A stretch of 64,000 nucleotides of DNA. Source: Penicillus capitatus. Lineage: Eukaryota; Plantae; Chlorophyta. The stretch covers positions 1,426,001 to 1,490,000 of the forward strand of contig OZ287700.1 in the NCBI GenBank assembly GCA_965649825.1, given 5' to 3'. The notes under the pieces were generated by a model. The model searched no databases. It was not told where the DNA came from and saw only the letters and a list, made by a program, of their open reading frames with translations. Both the position numbers and the translations under genes were made by a program. Shown piece by piece: positions 11,719-24,796 of the stretch (position 1 is the first letter of the stretch; the number at the start of each line of letters is the position of its first letter).

Positions 11719-12496
11719 ATGGACGTTCACCTACAAGTGAAGAAACTTCGTCGCACAATTGCGAGTCGCGTGATTCTCGCCGACATTAACTTCGACTTGC
11801 ACACCAAAGAAGTGCTTTTTATCGTCGGTCCCAGTGGCGTCGGGAAATCACTCTTGCTCCGTGCCCTCGCGTGTCTGGACCCAACCCAAGTCCAAACCAT
11901 GATACCGAACGCCGTCTAATGTCGCGCTGCAGGGTGGAACATTGACGCTAAACGGCAAAACTCCGTCGGAAATCGGCATCCCCAATTGGCGCGCCCAGGT
12001 TTCGTACGTCAACCAATCACGCGTGGGTCTGAAAGGAACTCCTGCCGAGCTCTACTTCTCCGCTCAGAAATTCGCTTCGCAAAAGGGACGTAAGCGAGGA
12101 GACCTGCCAGCCATCGTCTTTCAGCTCGGTCTCGAACAGACGGTACTTAATCAGAGGTGGGGTGATCTTTCTGACGGCCAAGCTCAACGCGTTGCTGTCG
12201 CCATCGCTGTCGCACTCAAGCCAACTGTTCTCCTTCTGGACGAACCCACGAGCAACTGCGACGCCCACTGTGCCAGACGCGTCGAAGAAGTCGTCAAGCG
12301 CTGCGATTCGGCTGTCATCTGGGCCACACATTCTCAGGAACAGGCCAATCGATTGGGCGGACGCATTCTTGAACTGCCATTCGGAACACACAGCTCACCC
12401 TCTGTCTACGTCGAAACGGCCAAAACCGAAACAGAATCCGATCAGCTGTCACATCCTCTCACGCAAAACGCAGATCTCTCATGGAACTCATCGTAA
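11719..12496 (+). CDS. ABC transporter ATP-binding subunit, FetA/YbbL/STAR1-like (possibly the N-terminal part of a fusion with the next gene)
   Basis: Walker A GPSGVGKS, signature-like LSDGQAQR, Walker B LLLDEPT, H-loop WATH; intron 11890..11932. Confidence 0.88.
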
Positions 12497-13841
12497 ACAA
12501 CAACAGGGAAGATGCCAATCAGGTGGTGTGTGAGAATCGATCGATCGACATCTCCTGGTTTAATCTCATGTTTGCCGTCGTGCTGTTCTCACTCAATGGC
12601 TGTCTCTCGGTCTACTTGGCACTGGGTCTGAATAAGAAACTCGGAGTGGCGGCGTTAAGATGCATGCTACAGTTACTGCTTTTGGGAATGTTGCTGCGTC
12701 CAGTCTTTCTCAGTGGTCAGTGGTACTGGGTACTGCTCCTCTCCTGCGCTATGTTGCTGATCTCTTCCCTCGAAGTGATGTCACGTCCTTCGTACTCTTA
12801 TACCGTCTGCTGCCATTCATCAACGGCGTTTGGTTTTTATAGAACGCGTGTTGTAGGGTATGTATCAACATATCCTGATCGGCATTGGAGGATCCTGCAC
12901 AGTCGTTTTGATCTATACGTATTTCTTGGTCATCACGTGGTACCGGGAATACAGATGGTACGATCCACAGTTCCTTATCCCCATTCTGGGCATGCTTCTG
13001 GGCAACACCATCTCTGGCGTCAGTCTTGGACTGACAACCGTTCTGGAAGAACTCTCAGCAGGTGATGTGACGTGCCTTGTGAATGCGTGGCGTGGCGGTA
13101 CTGACGATATGAATGCACCAGGGAGGGAAAGAGTGGAATGGTTGCTTGCTGTGGGGGCGACGCGGATAGAAGCCACACGAAATGTCGTCCAGCGATCCCT
13201 CCATGTCGCTCTCATTCCAATGATCAATCAAATGAGCGTTGTCGGTATCGTTTCGATTCCAGGTATGATGACAGGCGAAATCCTTGCCGGTGTCAATCCC
13301 ATACAAGTAGGATACCACCCACTGCTCTCACATACAAAACACATCCGCCATTTCTGCAGGCCTCTCGCTATCAGATCGCTATTCTTTTTCTCATTGGCAG
13401 TACTACGGCGTTAGGGTCTGTCATCACAGTACTCCTGACCATTCGCAGAGTGGTTGATAGCGACCATCGACTACGATATGAGCGACTCAATCTCCGCAAC
13501 CGTCCGGCTGGTGTGGAAGTATGGGTCATCGCGCACACCATGAAGGTCATCATCCTCATTCAAGACATCGTCACCTGGGTCATGACCCGCGCTTTCTGTT
13601 ACAGGCTATAGAACGCATTCGGCAGTTTGCGAAGAAGCTCTATCTCTTCGGCAGCGGTCAGAATCGCAGCGCCTGGTGTGACGATGTGCCGGTGTTGCGA
13701 CACTGGGGACTCTACGGTGCCATGACTGAAGATCATAGCCAGCCGACAATGTCCAGAGACAACATGGACGATATTCTCTCAGAAGATCTGCCGGTGCCAA
13801 CGGCCAGTTTCGAACGGGACGCCCTTCTTCCACACGCATAG
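12481..13841 (+). CDS. UPF0014 ABC permease, FetB/YbbM/ALS3/STAR2-like; multi-exon
   Basis: AALRCMLQLLLLG, QFLIPILGMLLGNTISG, ERVEWLLAVGAT, VVGIVSIPGMMTGEIL and SRYQIAILFLI motifs across ORFs 12481, 12860, 13138 and 13521. Confidence 0.88.
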
Positions 13842-13866
13842 TTTCCATGAAGCATAAAGCGTTCGT

Positions 13867-15222
13867 TTATAAGTAGATGTCATAGAGCGACAGATACGGA
13901 TCTGCCGTGCCGTTCATGAGATCATACAGTGAAGCCGTTGTTGTGTATGTCTGTGCTTCGACGGTTTCGACATGAAGCGGAAGATACTGATCATCATGAA
14001 TCAGCACATGCGCTTCCAGCGTCTCTGCTGGACCCGTTTCCGTACGAACCTCCATCTGTAAACGCAGCAACAACACGGCTTGCGAAACAGCTGTACGCAA
14101 CGTCAGAGATGCTTCTCTTGGATCCATCTGTGGCCGATGGAGACTCAAGACCTGTCTGAGCAGATTCTCGTAGGGTAACACATCCGATGCAGCAGCTTCG
14201 GCAAAGGGCCAGCACGTGGGCGACAACATCTGATGCTGATCAACAGACGATGCCTGAATCAGAAGATCCGTTAGGCGGCGGCGGCGGCGGCTTCGAACCA
14301 GGCTTGTTACTTTGTTAGGCAAGATGTGGATGACGCCTGGCGATGTTTGAACGACATGCACAGGATGGTGTGCGAGTTGTGAGAGGGTGATGCCTTGAGG
14401 TGACGGTTGTGCCCACAGCGCTAACGGTATCTGACGCTTTCTCACATCCTGTCGCAATGCAGCACTCATCTGCATCAGTCCAAGCATCGATTTTTGGTCC
14501 TTTCCTCGCCAGCCATCGATCTCATCCCCGTACTCGGTCGACACATCATGCAACTCTACAGAATCGCTGACGGGGGCAGACTCAGTTTCGAAGGGTGTCT
14601 GTCTATACATGCATATACTTCAATTTGAGGGATGCCAGTCCATGCAACTTCACATGAGCACCATCTTCGATCACCATACGGACCATATCGTTGATCACTT
14701 CGGCCTCGGGTGGGATCCGCAGGTGGACTCGACTCGAAAAGGCCCATTCGATTTCTAGCGGACCAGAGAGCGACACCTCCGGCAGCAAACAGGGCGATAT
14801 CTGCATTTCGGTCTCAACCTCAGCGCCAACCTGCCGCAGAGACGCAGCACTCTGCAGCACAAAGGCGCCTCAGCATCAGACCTGTCACATCATGAGTGAC
14901 CATCAATTCGGGCCGTACGAGTCGTTGCCATTCATCTTCTCTTCCGACATGTGCCTTGTAGAGGCGACGGTCGATTTCAAGGCCGAGCTGCAGCTGCCGG
15001 CCACAGTACACCTATACACAGGGACGTTCAATTTCGCGCTTTTCCGTCGTCGAAGCCAACTTCGAGGGAGTCATCGTCGATGGTCTGCAGCCGGACGGAG
15101 CCGGGGAGAGTATCGAGCACCGCCTCTGCCGCTTTCCACGGCTGCAACGGCGCAGTGATCGACGCTTCAATCCCGACAACGAAACAGAGAGTAACCCAGC
15201 TGTGCACAAAAACACGCCACAT
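13867..15222 (-). CDS. Uncharacterised protein with N-terminal signal/TM segment; 4 exons
   Basis: ORFs 15028..15255, 14820..15011, 14603..14860 and 13867..14610 are separated by about 50-nt GT-AG introns (e.g. DDSLE|VYCGRQ). MWRVFVHSWVTLCFVVGIEA is signal-like. Confidence 0.55.
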
Positions 15223-15318
15223 GAAATTGCGTCGGACGATGAAAGGGGACAACACGTCATCGTCATTCGGTAGACATCTTCATACGCCTTCCCTCATTCT
15301 CTCAACAATGCACCCATC

Positions 15319-16537
15319 ATGCGTTTCTTCGTTCAGGGATTCACTCGGCACCGTTGTATCGAAGTGCAGACGTCGTCTTCCGATGTGTTCTTGGTCGAGG
15401 CCATCTGTCACCAGCATCCCACATTGAAGGGCTTTCCCTGGGAACGTGTGGTGAGCGTCGAGCACGGTGTCCTGTGGAGATGGACACATGTGTGCGCAGT
15501 GGCTGTGTTGTGAAGGACAGAGTTTGGCGTTTGCCTCTAAGCGACTACAGGAGCTGCCTCTTCGCGAAGGCAGCACTGTACACGTCTCTGCGAAGCTTGT
15601 GGGAGGAGGAGGTGATGGCGGATCGACAGGAGCCGAATCTCGAGATGCCTTTCTGGAAATGTACAAGATTCCTAAAGCCGACAAAGTCCAGTGCACTCCT
15701 GCGCGACCTTCAGTGGTAGAGAGGGGAATGGATTCCAGGTCGATGCTCACGAAGAGAAGCTGGCGAAATGGACGTGCTGTCAGTTGTCTGGGCATAAACT
15801 GACGCCGCCTTGTGTCTGCGACGAACTGGGGACACTCTTCAACAAAGACGCCGTGATTCGGGCGCTGATTGACAAGACCATGCCAGAGAGTCTCTCTCAT
15901 ATCACTTCTTTGAAACATGTCATCGCACTCAAACTCACACCGAAGCCATCTTCCAAGTCAGATCTCTGGCAAGGGTGTGGGCTTTGAGTCAAGTGAGGTG
16001 TAGAGAAGGGGCTGAGTCTGTAAAAGACGCAGGGAATTATCAGATGATGCGCGGCGCCGAAGTGCAGTTTCATTGTCCACTGACACGTAAGGGACGCCTT
16101 TGCTTCGTGTCGTGACCGTTTAGGGAATGACCGATGCAGATTTGGAAATGAACGGCACGTTCCGTTTTTCGGTACATGTCAAGACGGGTCACGTCCTGAG
16201 CGATCGAGCGATCAAAGATGCGCCGAGGACCATCGCGGAGATTCTGGGAATGGAAGCAGAGGCAGCGGACTGGTTGCCCCTCAACGGCTCTGCAGATGTG
16301 GTCAAGGTTCTCAAGGACAAGCTCGTGGCCAAGCGCAAAATCTCGAAGAAGAGCAAGAAACGACATCCGATGTCATCCGACAGCAAACGCCCGAAGAAAA
16401 AGCGAACGGCTGTGGACTATGCCCCAGAAGAGGCATCGAAGCAGATCTACGCTTCCATCTTCTCTAGGGAGAGCGACCAAGGAGACGAGACATTTCTCTG
16501 TCGCAGCGTCGGTGCCAGAGGCATGAATTTGACATAG
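15319..16537 (+). CDS. RTF2: Replication termination factor 2 (Rtf2 RING-like) with N-terminal ubiquitin-like extension
   Basis: LVGGGGDGGSTGAESRD, WTCCQLS, CVCDELGTLFNKDAV, HITSLK, FHCPLT and KTGHVLSDRAI motifs. Confidence 0.9.
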
Positions 16538-16888
16538 GGCTGTGGCGCGATCGAGGAGAGGAGCCATGAAGTACATACACTGAGATTTAACAAATCTACT
16601 AGTGTCACACACATAGAATCAATCGAATACATCTTTAATTTCTAACATCGTCTGAGAGCCATTTGACAGTGGATTGATTACAAAGAAGTGCGTGGTACTG
16701 GAAATTGGGGTCAGCAAAATGAAGCAGTCAGACGCCATTCTTTTTAGAAATGTCCTCATATTAGGACGGCAAAAAAATCAATGAAGAGGAGAATTCATAA
16801 GAACTGTTCCCAGTGTCAACGACAACAACAACAACAACCAATCAATCAAATTACTCAAAACGGAGTCAAAGACACAGACAGAGGACCC

Positions 16889-19800
16889 TCAAGCTCTTGT
16901 CGTCCTTCCTCCACCCACTCTGGGGATTCCGGAGGTCGGCGCTAGAGAAGTCGAGCGATTTATTTTGCCAGATGGTTTCATGCTCGTTCGCACGTCTTGC
17001 CCATTGGGAGGAGACGCGATGGACGAAGCGACCGGGGCCAGGCTTCCGGTTCGGACAACCGGTTTCCGTCGGTAATCGCTCATCAAACGGAGCTTCATTC
17101 TTTCTTCCAGCGCCTCCGCTTCCATATCGTTGCTCAGCACTCTCAGTCTTCTCCTGTCCTTGGGACACATGTATCCACCGTTCTTTTTCTGAGTGCTGGC
17201 CACGAGGCTGGTTTCCTCTGGGAGGCCTGTCGTGCGAAGCTGCGTTAACTTCTCTTTGGCGATCATATTCTTTGGTCTCCATTCTGTGGCTTCGTACCTC
17301 CAATCCTCGTACGTGACGTCCAGCTCCTTCTTTGCCTTCTTCTTTTTCTTGGAGTTCGTTAGGTTGGGCGGTGAGCTCACCATCTGGTGTGCATACTTTA
17401 CGAAATCTGCTGGCTCAACAGCAAGCTCTTCAAACAGATCTCCTAACTCTACTAACTGATGACTAGCAACATACGCCTTTTCGGTCGCCCGCTTAGCAGA
17501 TTTATCGGAAGCCTTGTCCGCTGAGAACAACACCACGACAACATCGATCCGTGTTCTCGTCAGGAGAGCGTGAGCTACCTTCGAGTTTGTTGATGTATTT
17601 TCGCTCCGTGTCCACTTTTCTGGCTAACAGAGACCACAGGGAATTCAACTGCCGAATCACCTGGGTGTTCTCAGCCAGTTCTTGCTTGTGTCGAGAGATT
17701 TTCAACAAGGCACGGAAAACGGCGATGATCTCAGTGAAGATAACCTGTCGACCACGCCAGAGAACCACCATCAAATAACGGGAGCTGTGATATGACAGGG
17801 CTTACCGGACAATCTCTGTAGTATTGCAGACGTTCACTGAGAGTGTCAAGACACTCCGACGCTTTGAAAACCTTCATCGTGAGGCCCTTATACTTACAGA
17901 GATTCTTCAATATGAGGAGCCCCCTCTTGAAAGCCGCCTGATGGTCCGTACTTCTGTTACACTTGGCCATGACCCTCAACAGCGGAATCAAAGCATCGGA
18001 GGACACCAAATCCTCGCAACAGCGTTGACTGTACATCGTGCCCATTTCCAGCGATGCCAACGCAAGAAAAGTCTACCACAGAACATACCATCCTCATAAA
18101 GAGTGAGAATAGAGTGAGGGACCATACCTGCTCGACATTTGTGTTGTTCTTGACAGTATGACATGCAAGTCGGCATTTGGATGCCAGTGTCTTGGATGGA
18201 TCTTCTTGTGCTCTTTTCTTGGCGGATTTGAGGCGGTTGACAGCTCTCTTGACATTCTTGGATGCATTCGTCCGCGCATTGAATCCCTTCCATGCGCTCT
18301 GGATTTTAACAGCTGCTGTCTCCATACGTCGTTGCTGCCGATCTATTTTTGATGCTCTAAATGCTCTCTGGATCACGATGGCTGCCTGTTCCTTCCTCAT
18401 CTGATATCCTCGCCAGGTTCTCTGAATCAGAATTGCAGCATTCCGTTGCCTGAGAAATTGATGTCTCGCTTTCATTGTTGGCAGCCAGTTCTGCACAACA
18501 GCGGTCGCTGCTGCTCTCTTTGCAAGTTTCTGACGGAATTGATAGCCACGATATCCATTCATAATTTTCTGCACGGCCAGTCGTTCCTTGGCCACATTCC
18601 TTATTTCCGATGGCAACATACGGTTGTGCTTTCTAGCGAGTGCACCTCGGGCATAGGCTTGAATAACAATGGTCGCCTTTACCACGTCATGCGTATGTTC
18701 CATCGCATGCACAAAATCGACGAGAATTGTAGAGAGACGAGCTTCGACATCATCCAACCATTGCTGCGTCTGATGAAGCCGAACAGCCCGCTGGATAATC
18801 ACAGCGGACTGCTTGAGCTTCTGATAGTTCTGGTGCTCCCTGTAAGCCTTCCACGTGGATTGAATCTGCGCAGCAGCGCGATGCTGATGGCGCATATCAT
18901 CCCTATTGAAACTTCGGAACCATCGTTGGATCTGCACAGCAGCGGATTTCTGTGCTTGGAAATTGGAACGGGATTGGTGCATTCGGACAGCCGCCTGAAG
19001 GGTAAGGGCAGCGGCTTTCTGTTTACGGAACGTATTTTGGGCAATATGGGTGCGCCACTGGGACTGGATACGCGTGGCGGCATCATTTGCAATTTGATGG
19101 GACTTGTGTGCTATATATTGTCGATAGGCGGTCTGGATCGTGATGGCTGCTCTCTGCTGAGCAATGGATTCTTGTTTGGAAAGGCGGGCTCGGTATGCGG
19201 CTTGAATCGTTACGGCAGCGCGTTGCTTCTGTTGGAACTCCTTTCTCTGTAGCCACATGCGTGCCCAGCTTTGCAGACAGATCACAGCGGCGACCAAGCC
19301 CTGGAACTGCTTTCTAGCTATATGCATTCGATAAGTTGCCTGAATGCAGAGCACGGCATTTCTCTGGGCACAAAATCGCGAATGCCACAGATGTGCCCGA
19401 TACTGTGCCTGGATCTTGATGGCTGCCTGCTGCATCTCCTCGAACTCCTTTCTCTGTAGCCACATACGTGCCCAGCTCTGCAGACATCGTACTGCTGCCA
19501 GCACCGTTTCGTAGTGCTTCCTTGCGATGTGCATTCGATAAGCGGATTGAATGGCGACGGCGGCGTGATGGTGTTTGCGATCGGTGTAGTTTCTGAAGGC
19601 AGATTGAATGATGATGGCACCTGAACGCATCTTGAGAAAGTGATGGCGCTGAGCGAATCCTCGCCAAGCAGCTTGTATGCAGATGGCTGCCTGGGCAGCT
19701 CTCTCCGCTTCCTTCTTCTCTTTCATCTCCTTCATTTTTGCCTTCAAAACCTCCACCGCTTCCTTCATCTGTCGATAGCGTTTCTGCATCGCATGTCGTC

Positions 19801-22447
19801 TCCATTGCGACTGAATAACGACAGCCGCTGCGCGTTTGCGTTTGAAATCTTCACTGTGGACATGTCTTAAGTACTCGGCACGAATCCGATTGGCGGCTGT
19901 CTTGACAGATCTCAGGTTTCGTAGGTATCGAGTCCTGTCTCGGATCATAGGCTGGTGATTCTCAATCGTCTGCACTGCCTTCTTCAGTTGCAGAAACTGC
20001 CGTCGGACAATGGATCCTCTGGCGCGCGCCTGAAGTCGCACCACCGTCTCGACATCTTTGGGATCGATCTCGATATAAGTGGAATCGAATCCGGAGAACA
20101 TCGTTCCGCCGGAGCTGCTCGATGTCCGACTCCGCGAGTACTGCTGACGGTGATACTCAAAGGCCGTGAGCTGACTGCCGATGGAATCGCGGCTCTCTTT
20201 GGCCCTCTTCTTGTTCTTGCGTCTCTTCTTGGCTGCTTCGAGTTCGATCAGCTCAATCGGATCAGCATAGCCTTTGTAGATCTTCCACATTCTCTGAATC
20301 GTCAATGCAGCACGTTCCTCCCGCGACACTTGCAGAAGCCGTGCACACATGTGAGATACATAGAGTATGACTGCCGTTTCATCTGGGCCTTGCTCTTCAA
20401 AGTCCATAGCCGAGATCGTTTCAGGAATGCCGCCCAACGCACGCATGACGGAGAAAACGGCACCGAAGTTCTGTAAGATCCCAGCCCTGTGCTTCTTGAA
20501 AGTACCCTTGTCCATCCAGCCTTTACCACTGTACACGCCAAACTGCTTCAAATCCATATCGTCGTCATCCGATTCAAATTCCTCCACATCCGATTCAGAG
20601 TCGATTGAAGAACGACGCGAGATCTCTTCTTTGATAGCTTCTGTCGTGTCAGCAATGTATACTTGTTTCGGTTCCATATAGGATGGCAGATAATGACAGA
20701 TCAAGTAGCAGAGGACACTGCCGTCTGCAAATGAAGAGTGGTAGTTCTTAACAGATGCTCCATACTGATTAACGACCGTCTGGACCCACGTTAACAGCAA
20801 AGCCAGACGCCGGTCATAACCAGTCGGAAAACAAATTTTTGTCGTGTCCACCTGAGCGGAATGTGCACGACTGCGGACTTTCACTTGGATGATTTCAAAT
20901 ACCAATGCACTAACGGTGACTAATTTTGGAATCTACACAGATCGCATGTATTGGTAAGAGAATGCGAGGCAGTGGAGATAGACTTGGAAAACGAGGGCGA
21001 CGTTCCAGAGGTAACCAACAGTGGTATCGCCGAGGCCATCCACGATATCTTGCGGAGGGATGGGGCGTCCGTTGAGCAAAGCGGCCGTCTAGACAACACA
21101 GCTGAATCAGCATGAGTACAATTTCCCCATCGGAGTGACCTTTTCGTGATGCGCGAATGTTTGAAGTGCCAGTTTCACGTTGTACACCTTGACAGCATTG
21201 GATGACGTGTTAAAGTTCGCGCGTTTCAGAACTGGAACCCCTAGACGGCACCACACAGTGCATCCATGTCTCGGCGTCCTCTGTGTTTACCGAGCAGGAT
21301 TTCAGCGAGCTTGCAAGAACGGATTCCGTCTCGAAAATCAATAGAGAGGTCCGTCGAGCGGTAATCGAACTCGTTGACGACTCCTTGCTGATAACGAAGG
21401 GAGTATCCCATATACTCAAGTTGTTTCACGGTATCTCCTTCTCCGAAGAGACTGCCCTTCAAGAAGAGTCGGACCATGTCGGCCGATGTCTTGATTTTGG
21501 CCGTCGGTTCAAAGAGAAGCGGCAAACATTCAGGCAATTCAGCAGTAGTCAATGTTCTATCCAACAACATCACCAGCAATAAAAAGCGCTTAAGGACCAG
21601 GGCGGCTAGCTCTTCCCGTAAAGTCGCCTGTCGTTTGACGTTTTTCTTAATCTTCTTCTTCAGTTCAGGCGAAGAAAAAAATTGCTCTTCGATAAAAGAT
21701 ACCAATTGTGATTTGAGTGAGGATGGACCATCTTCCTCCGTGGCAGTTGTCATCGACGGTGCTGCGCTGCTTTGGCCTAGAATAAGAGTGAGAAAGAGTG
21801 AGAAATCATGGACACATGCCTTTGACTTTCTGCTTAGCGGAGATGGTCATGCGGAAAACCGTCTCCAGTCCAATTTTGAGCCAGAAAGCATCGTACCCCA
21901 TCAGTGTTTTCATGGCTTTCTTTTTCATTCTGGGGTTGACCATAAAACCACCCTAAACACAGCAACGTCTGCTTAGATTTTTCTCACACTTGGGGAAAAG
22001 AGTGAGAACGTCTTTGAGTAGCTTTAGTCGGCCATTCGAGATACTCGCTTCCACTTTGAGCATGGCGGCTTGGACCGTCGGGTCTTTGTGATACACTTTT
22101 GCGACGCATCCTCGCACTTTGGCGAAAAGACGTTTCGAGTTAAGTGACGCCGGGTTTGCTGAGCTGGTCGGCGAAAGAACGTAACTAAGCCACGCTTGGT
22201 ACGCGCGCTGTTTCTTTTCTATCCAAATTCTGCGTACATCACAACGAAGACGCCGTCAAACGACGACCGGTGACGCGCCGAGGCGGACCCTTTTGTGTAG
22301 TAAGTGTAGTCTTTTGTCGTCCTCGAATCTTTGGAAGCCATGTTGTGGTCGACAATGAACGTCTTTGCAGCAACGAAGCGGGATGGATGCACGCACGTAA
22401 CGGACAGTACTGCTGACGCAGCAGGTGATGATGTGACAGCTCAGCAC
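16889..22447 (-). CDS. ASPM: Abnormal spindle-like microcephaly-associated protein homolog (CH domains, many IQ motifs, ARM-like C-terminus); 5' end unresolved near 22.3-22.45 kb
   Basis: WIEKKQRAYQAWLSYVLSP (~22.2 kb), GYDAFWLKIGLETVF (~21.9 kb), LKRFLLLVMLLDR, DFRDGIRSCKL, SFADGSVLCYLICHYLP, and more than 20 IQxxxRxxxxR motifs in 17957..20905. Confidence 0.9.
19235..19545 (-). repeat. Recent internal duplication of a three-IQ unit in ASPM (207-bp period)
   Basis: gaactcctttctctgtagccacat occurs at 19235 and 19442; the protein repeats YRMHIARK...AAVxCLQSWARMWLQRKEF 69 aa apart. Confidence 0.85.
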
Positions 22448-22504
22448 AGATCATCCCCCATCAACGTCGCTGTCAAAACCGTATCCATCAGAGAGCAAAG
22501 AAGT

Positions 22505-24691
22505 TTAGAAGCCCATTCGACCAAGCAGCTGCCAGTGATCAAAAACGGAGACGAGTGTGTTGGCCGCGATGGCTCCGCTGGCGGCGACGGCGGGTAGTCC
22601 GATGCCTGGAAAGGTCGAATCGCCGCAGCAGATGAGACGATCGATCGATGTGCTTTGGCTTGGAAACATGGCATCTCCAGCCGAAATAGCTGGTCCGTAT
22701 GTGCCTCGATGACGTCGAAGAAAGCGCTCGTGGGTCAGAGGCGTCCCGATGAAAGAAATCTCGGCGCGTTCACGGATATCTGGCACGACTCGCTCGACGC
22801 CTTTCCACAAGACCTCGCCTCTTTCGCGCTTCATCTCTTCGTATGCATCACTGATCCGTCCGTACACATAAAGATAAATTGCATTGCTTGTGAGCGAACT
22901 GGCCATTACCTCTTGGGATCGATGTTGGCCCAGATGGCGTAGGGCTCTGTGGCTGGAAGATAAGCGTGGAGGGAATGTTTACCAGGTGGGGCGAAGGAGG
23001 CGTCCACGACGGAAGGGATCGAAATCAGAACGACGTTCTGCTCGCAGTCCACACGAGGACGCCACTTGTTCACGATGATGTGATGCAGATCCACGTCCAA
23101 GTCTAGAATCGCCCCGTCCTGCAAAAGTGTGAGAAAAATGAGGGGCACCTGTCGCGTCGAATCCGACGTGAAGGTGCATGAAACTCGGATTCATAGGCAT
23201 GTCTTTGTTGCGTTTCTGCATGTCTGCGGGGACGTGCTCCTTGGCAATGAGCTTGACGGTATCCCAAAGACTGGCATTAGAAACGACGGCCTTCTTTGCC
23301 CGAATGATGTGACCGTTGCGTAGTCGCACGGCCGTTGCCTTACCGCCATCGATCATAATCTCATCAACATGTGCTCGCGTCAATACTCGCCCTCCATTCT
23401 TCTCGATGGACCTGATGAACGCGTTAGCAACGAAGAAGGCGGCGGCGAATGTACCGGACGAGGGTATCCACCATGGCCTGACTCCCTCCCTTTGGAAATT
23501 CCAAGCAGCAGTTGGGCTTGTACCATTCATTGAACATGACGGCCATCTCGGCAGCGATGGTGCCGTCTGCCGTGAGACCCGAGAGAAGAAAACTCAACAG
23601 ATCCAGATAGTCCAAGATGAATGGGTCCGTCACGACACCCTCGATCAACTGATCGCCACCGACAACACTCACCATCACTGAGCATAGCAAGAGATCTTGC
23701 GCAACCTTTGAGAACGGAACGAGAAGTTTCGAGAATTTGGGGCCGGATGCGAGGAGTGATGGCAGGTAACGGGCGCCGACTGTCAACAAGGCTCCTGGAT
23801 CATTGCGAATCGCAATGGGCGGCACAGAGGCGGCAACCGGGGCATAGTCCTGAATGGAACGGTGTCTGGTCAGACGGAAAAGGGCCATGAAATGTGTGAC
23901 CTGCATAAAAGCTTCCAGTCTATTCCACTCTCTCACTGCATTGCTGTCCGGTCCCTTAACATCTGACAAGATCTTCAAGAATTCTCCCCTGCCGACCTGC
24001 ACATCCGTTTCATCCCTGCCTTCCATCGTGCTGTCGTTGGGATCTTGCCTTAGCTCTCCATTCTCCTTCTGGAAAATAGATCTTCCATGCGTCATACTCA
24101 ATCCATTCCAACTCTTCTCCGATCGCCTGAGAGATCCCCTGCATTAGAGAATACCCGTCTCTATAGGGGGAACCGGACTTGGAAAATATGTCCCAATGGA
24201 TTGCCATCGATCGTGCGAGAGCGCATCCCGGAGTAAAGACTGGGGCCCGATTCAAAATGATAGATGCCGCTCTTGCCGCGAGCCGACCATCCATGTGCCG
24301 CACCTCCCACCTGATAATGCGATTCCAATACCACCACCTGTATGGTGTCCGTCACCCTCCCGTCTTTCTCAGAGATAGCGCGCACATTGACGCCATAGTT
24401 GGCCAGAATTGCTGCACATGAGAGGCCACCTACTCCTGATCCGATCACAACGACGTCTGCCTCTCGAATCGACCGAGCAGCATCTGCGGATGGCATCTCT
24501 GGTACAAGGACATCCATTTCCTGTTCTTTCACGGCATCGCACGGGGGCGCCATCCGTCTCTCACTCCACCGCCTTCCTTGAAACCCTGTCCTTTTGGCCG
24601 ATCCCCGTTGTCTACCCACATGCTGTCGTTCTGTGCGGCCATCCAATCGCCCAGCCTGCCGACTGATGTCTGGTGTTCTCAGTGTGAGCAT
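22505..24691 (-). CDS. Carotenoid isomerase-like (CRTISO/CrtH-like) FAD-dependent oxidoreductase; multi-exon
   Basis: VVVIGSGVGGLSCAAIL dinucleotide-binding motif, HFESGPSLYSG, EFPKGGSQAMV, SFMHLHVGFD, GTPLTHERFL and CGDSTFPGIGLPAVAASG. Confidence 0.85.
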
Positions 24692-24796
24692 CTCGTTGCG
24701 TGTAGACTTGTGGTGGTGGTGGAAACGTCACGTCATCAACGCTGTGTATTCAGCTATTCGAGTTCGACGCTTTCTTGTGCTCAATCACACGTCGGC

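Noticed and set aside
10569-13841. Prokaryotic operon or bacterial contamination
   Set aside because: The ABC genes contain GT-AG introns and are flanked by typical eukaryotic genes.
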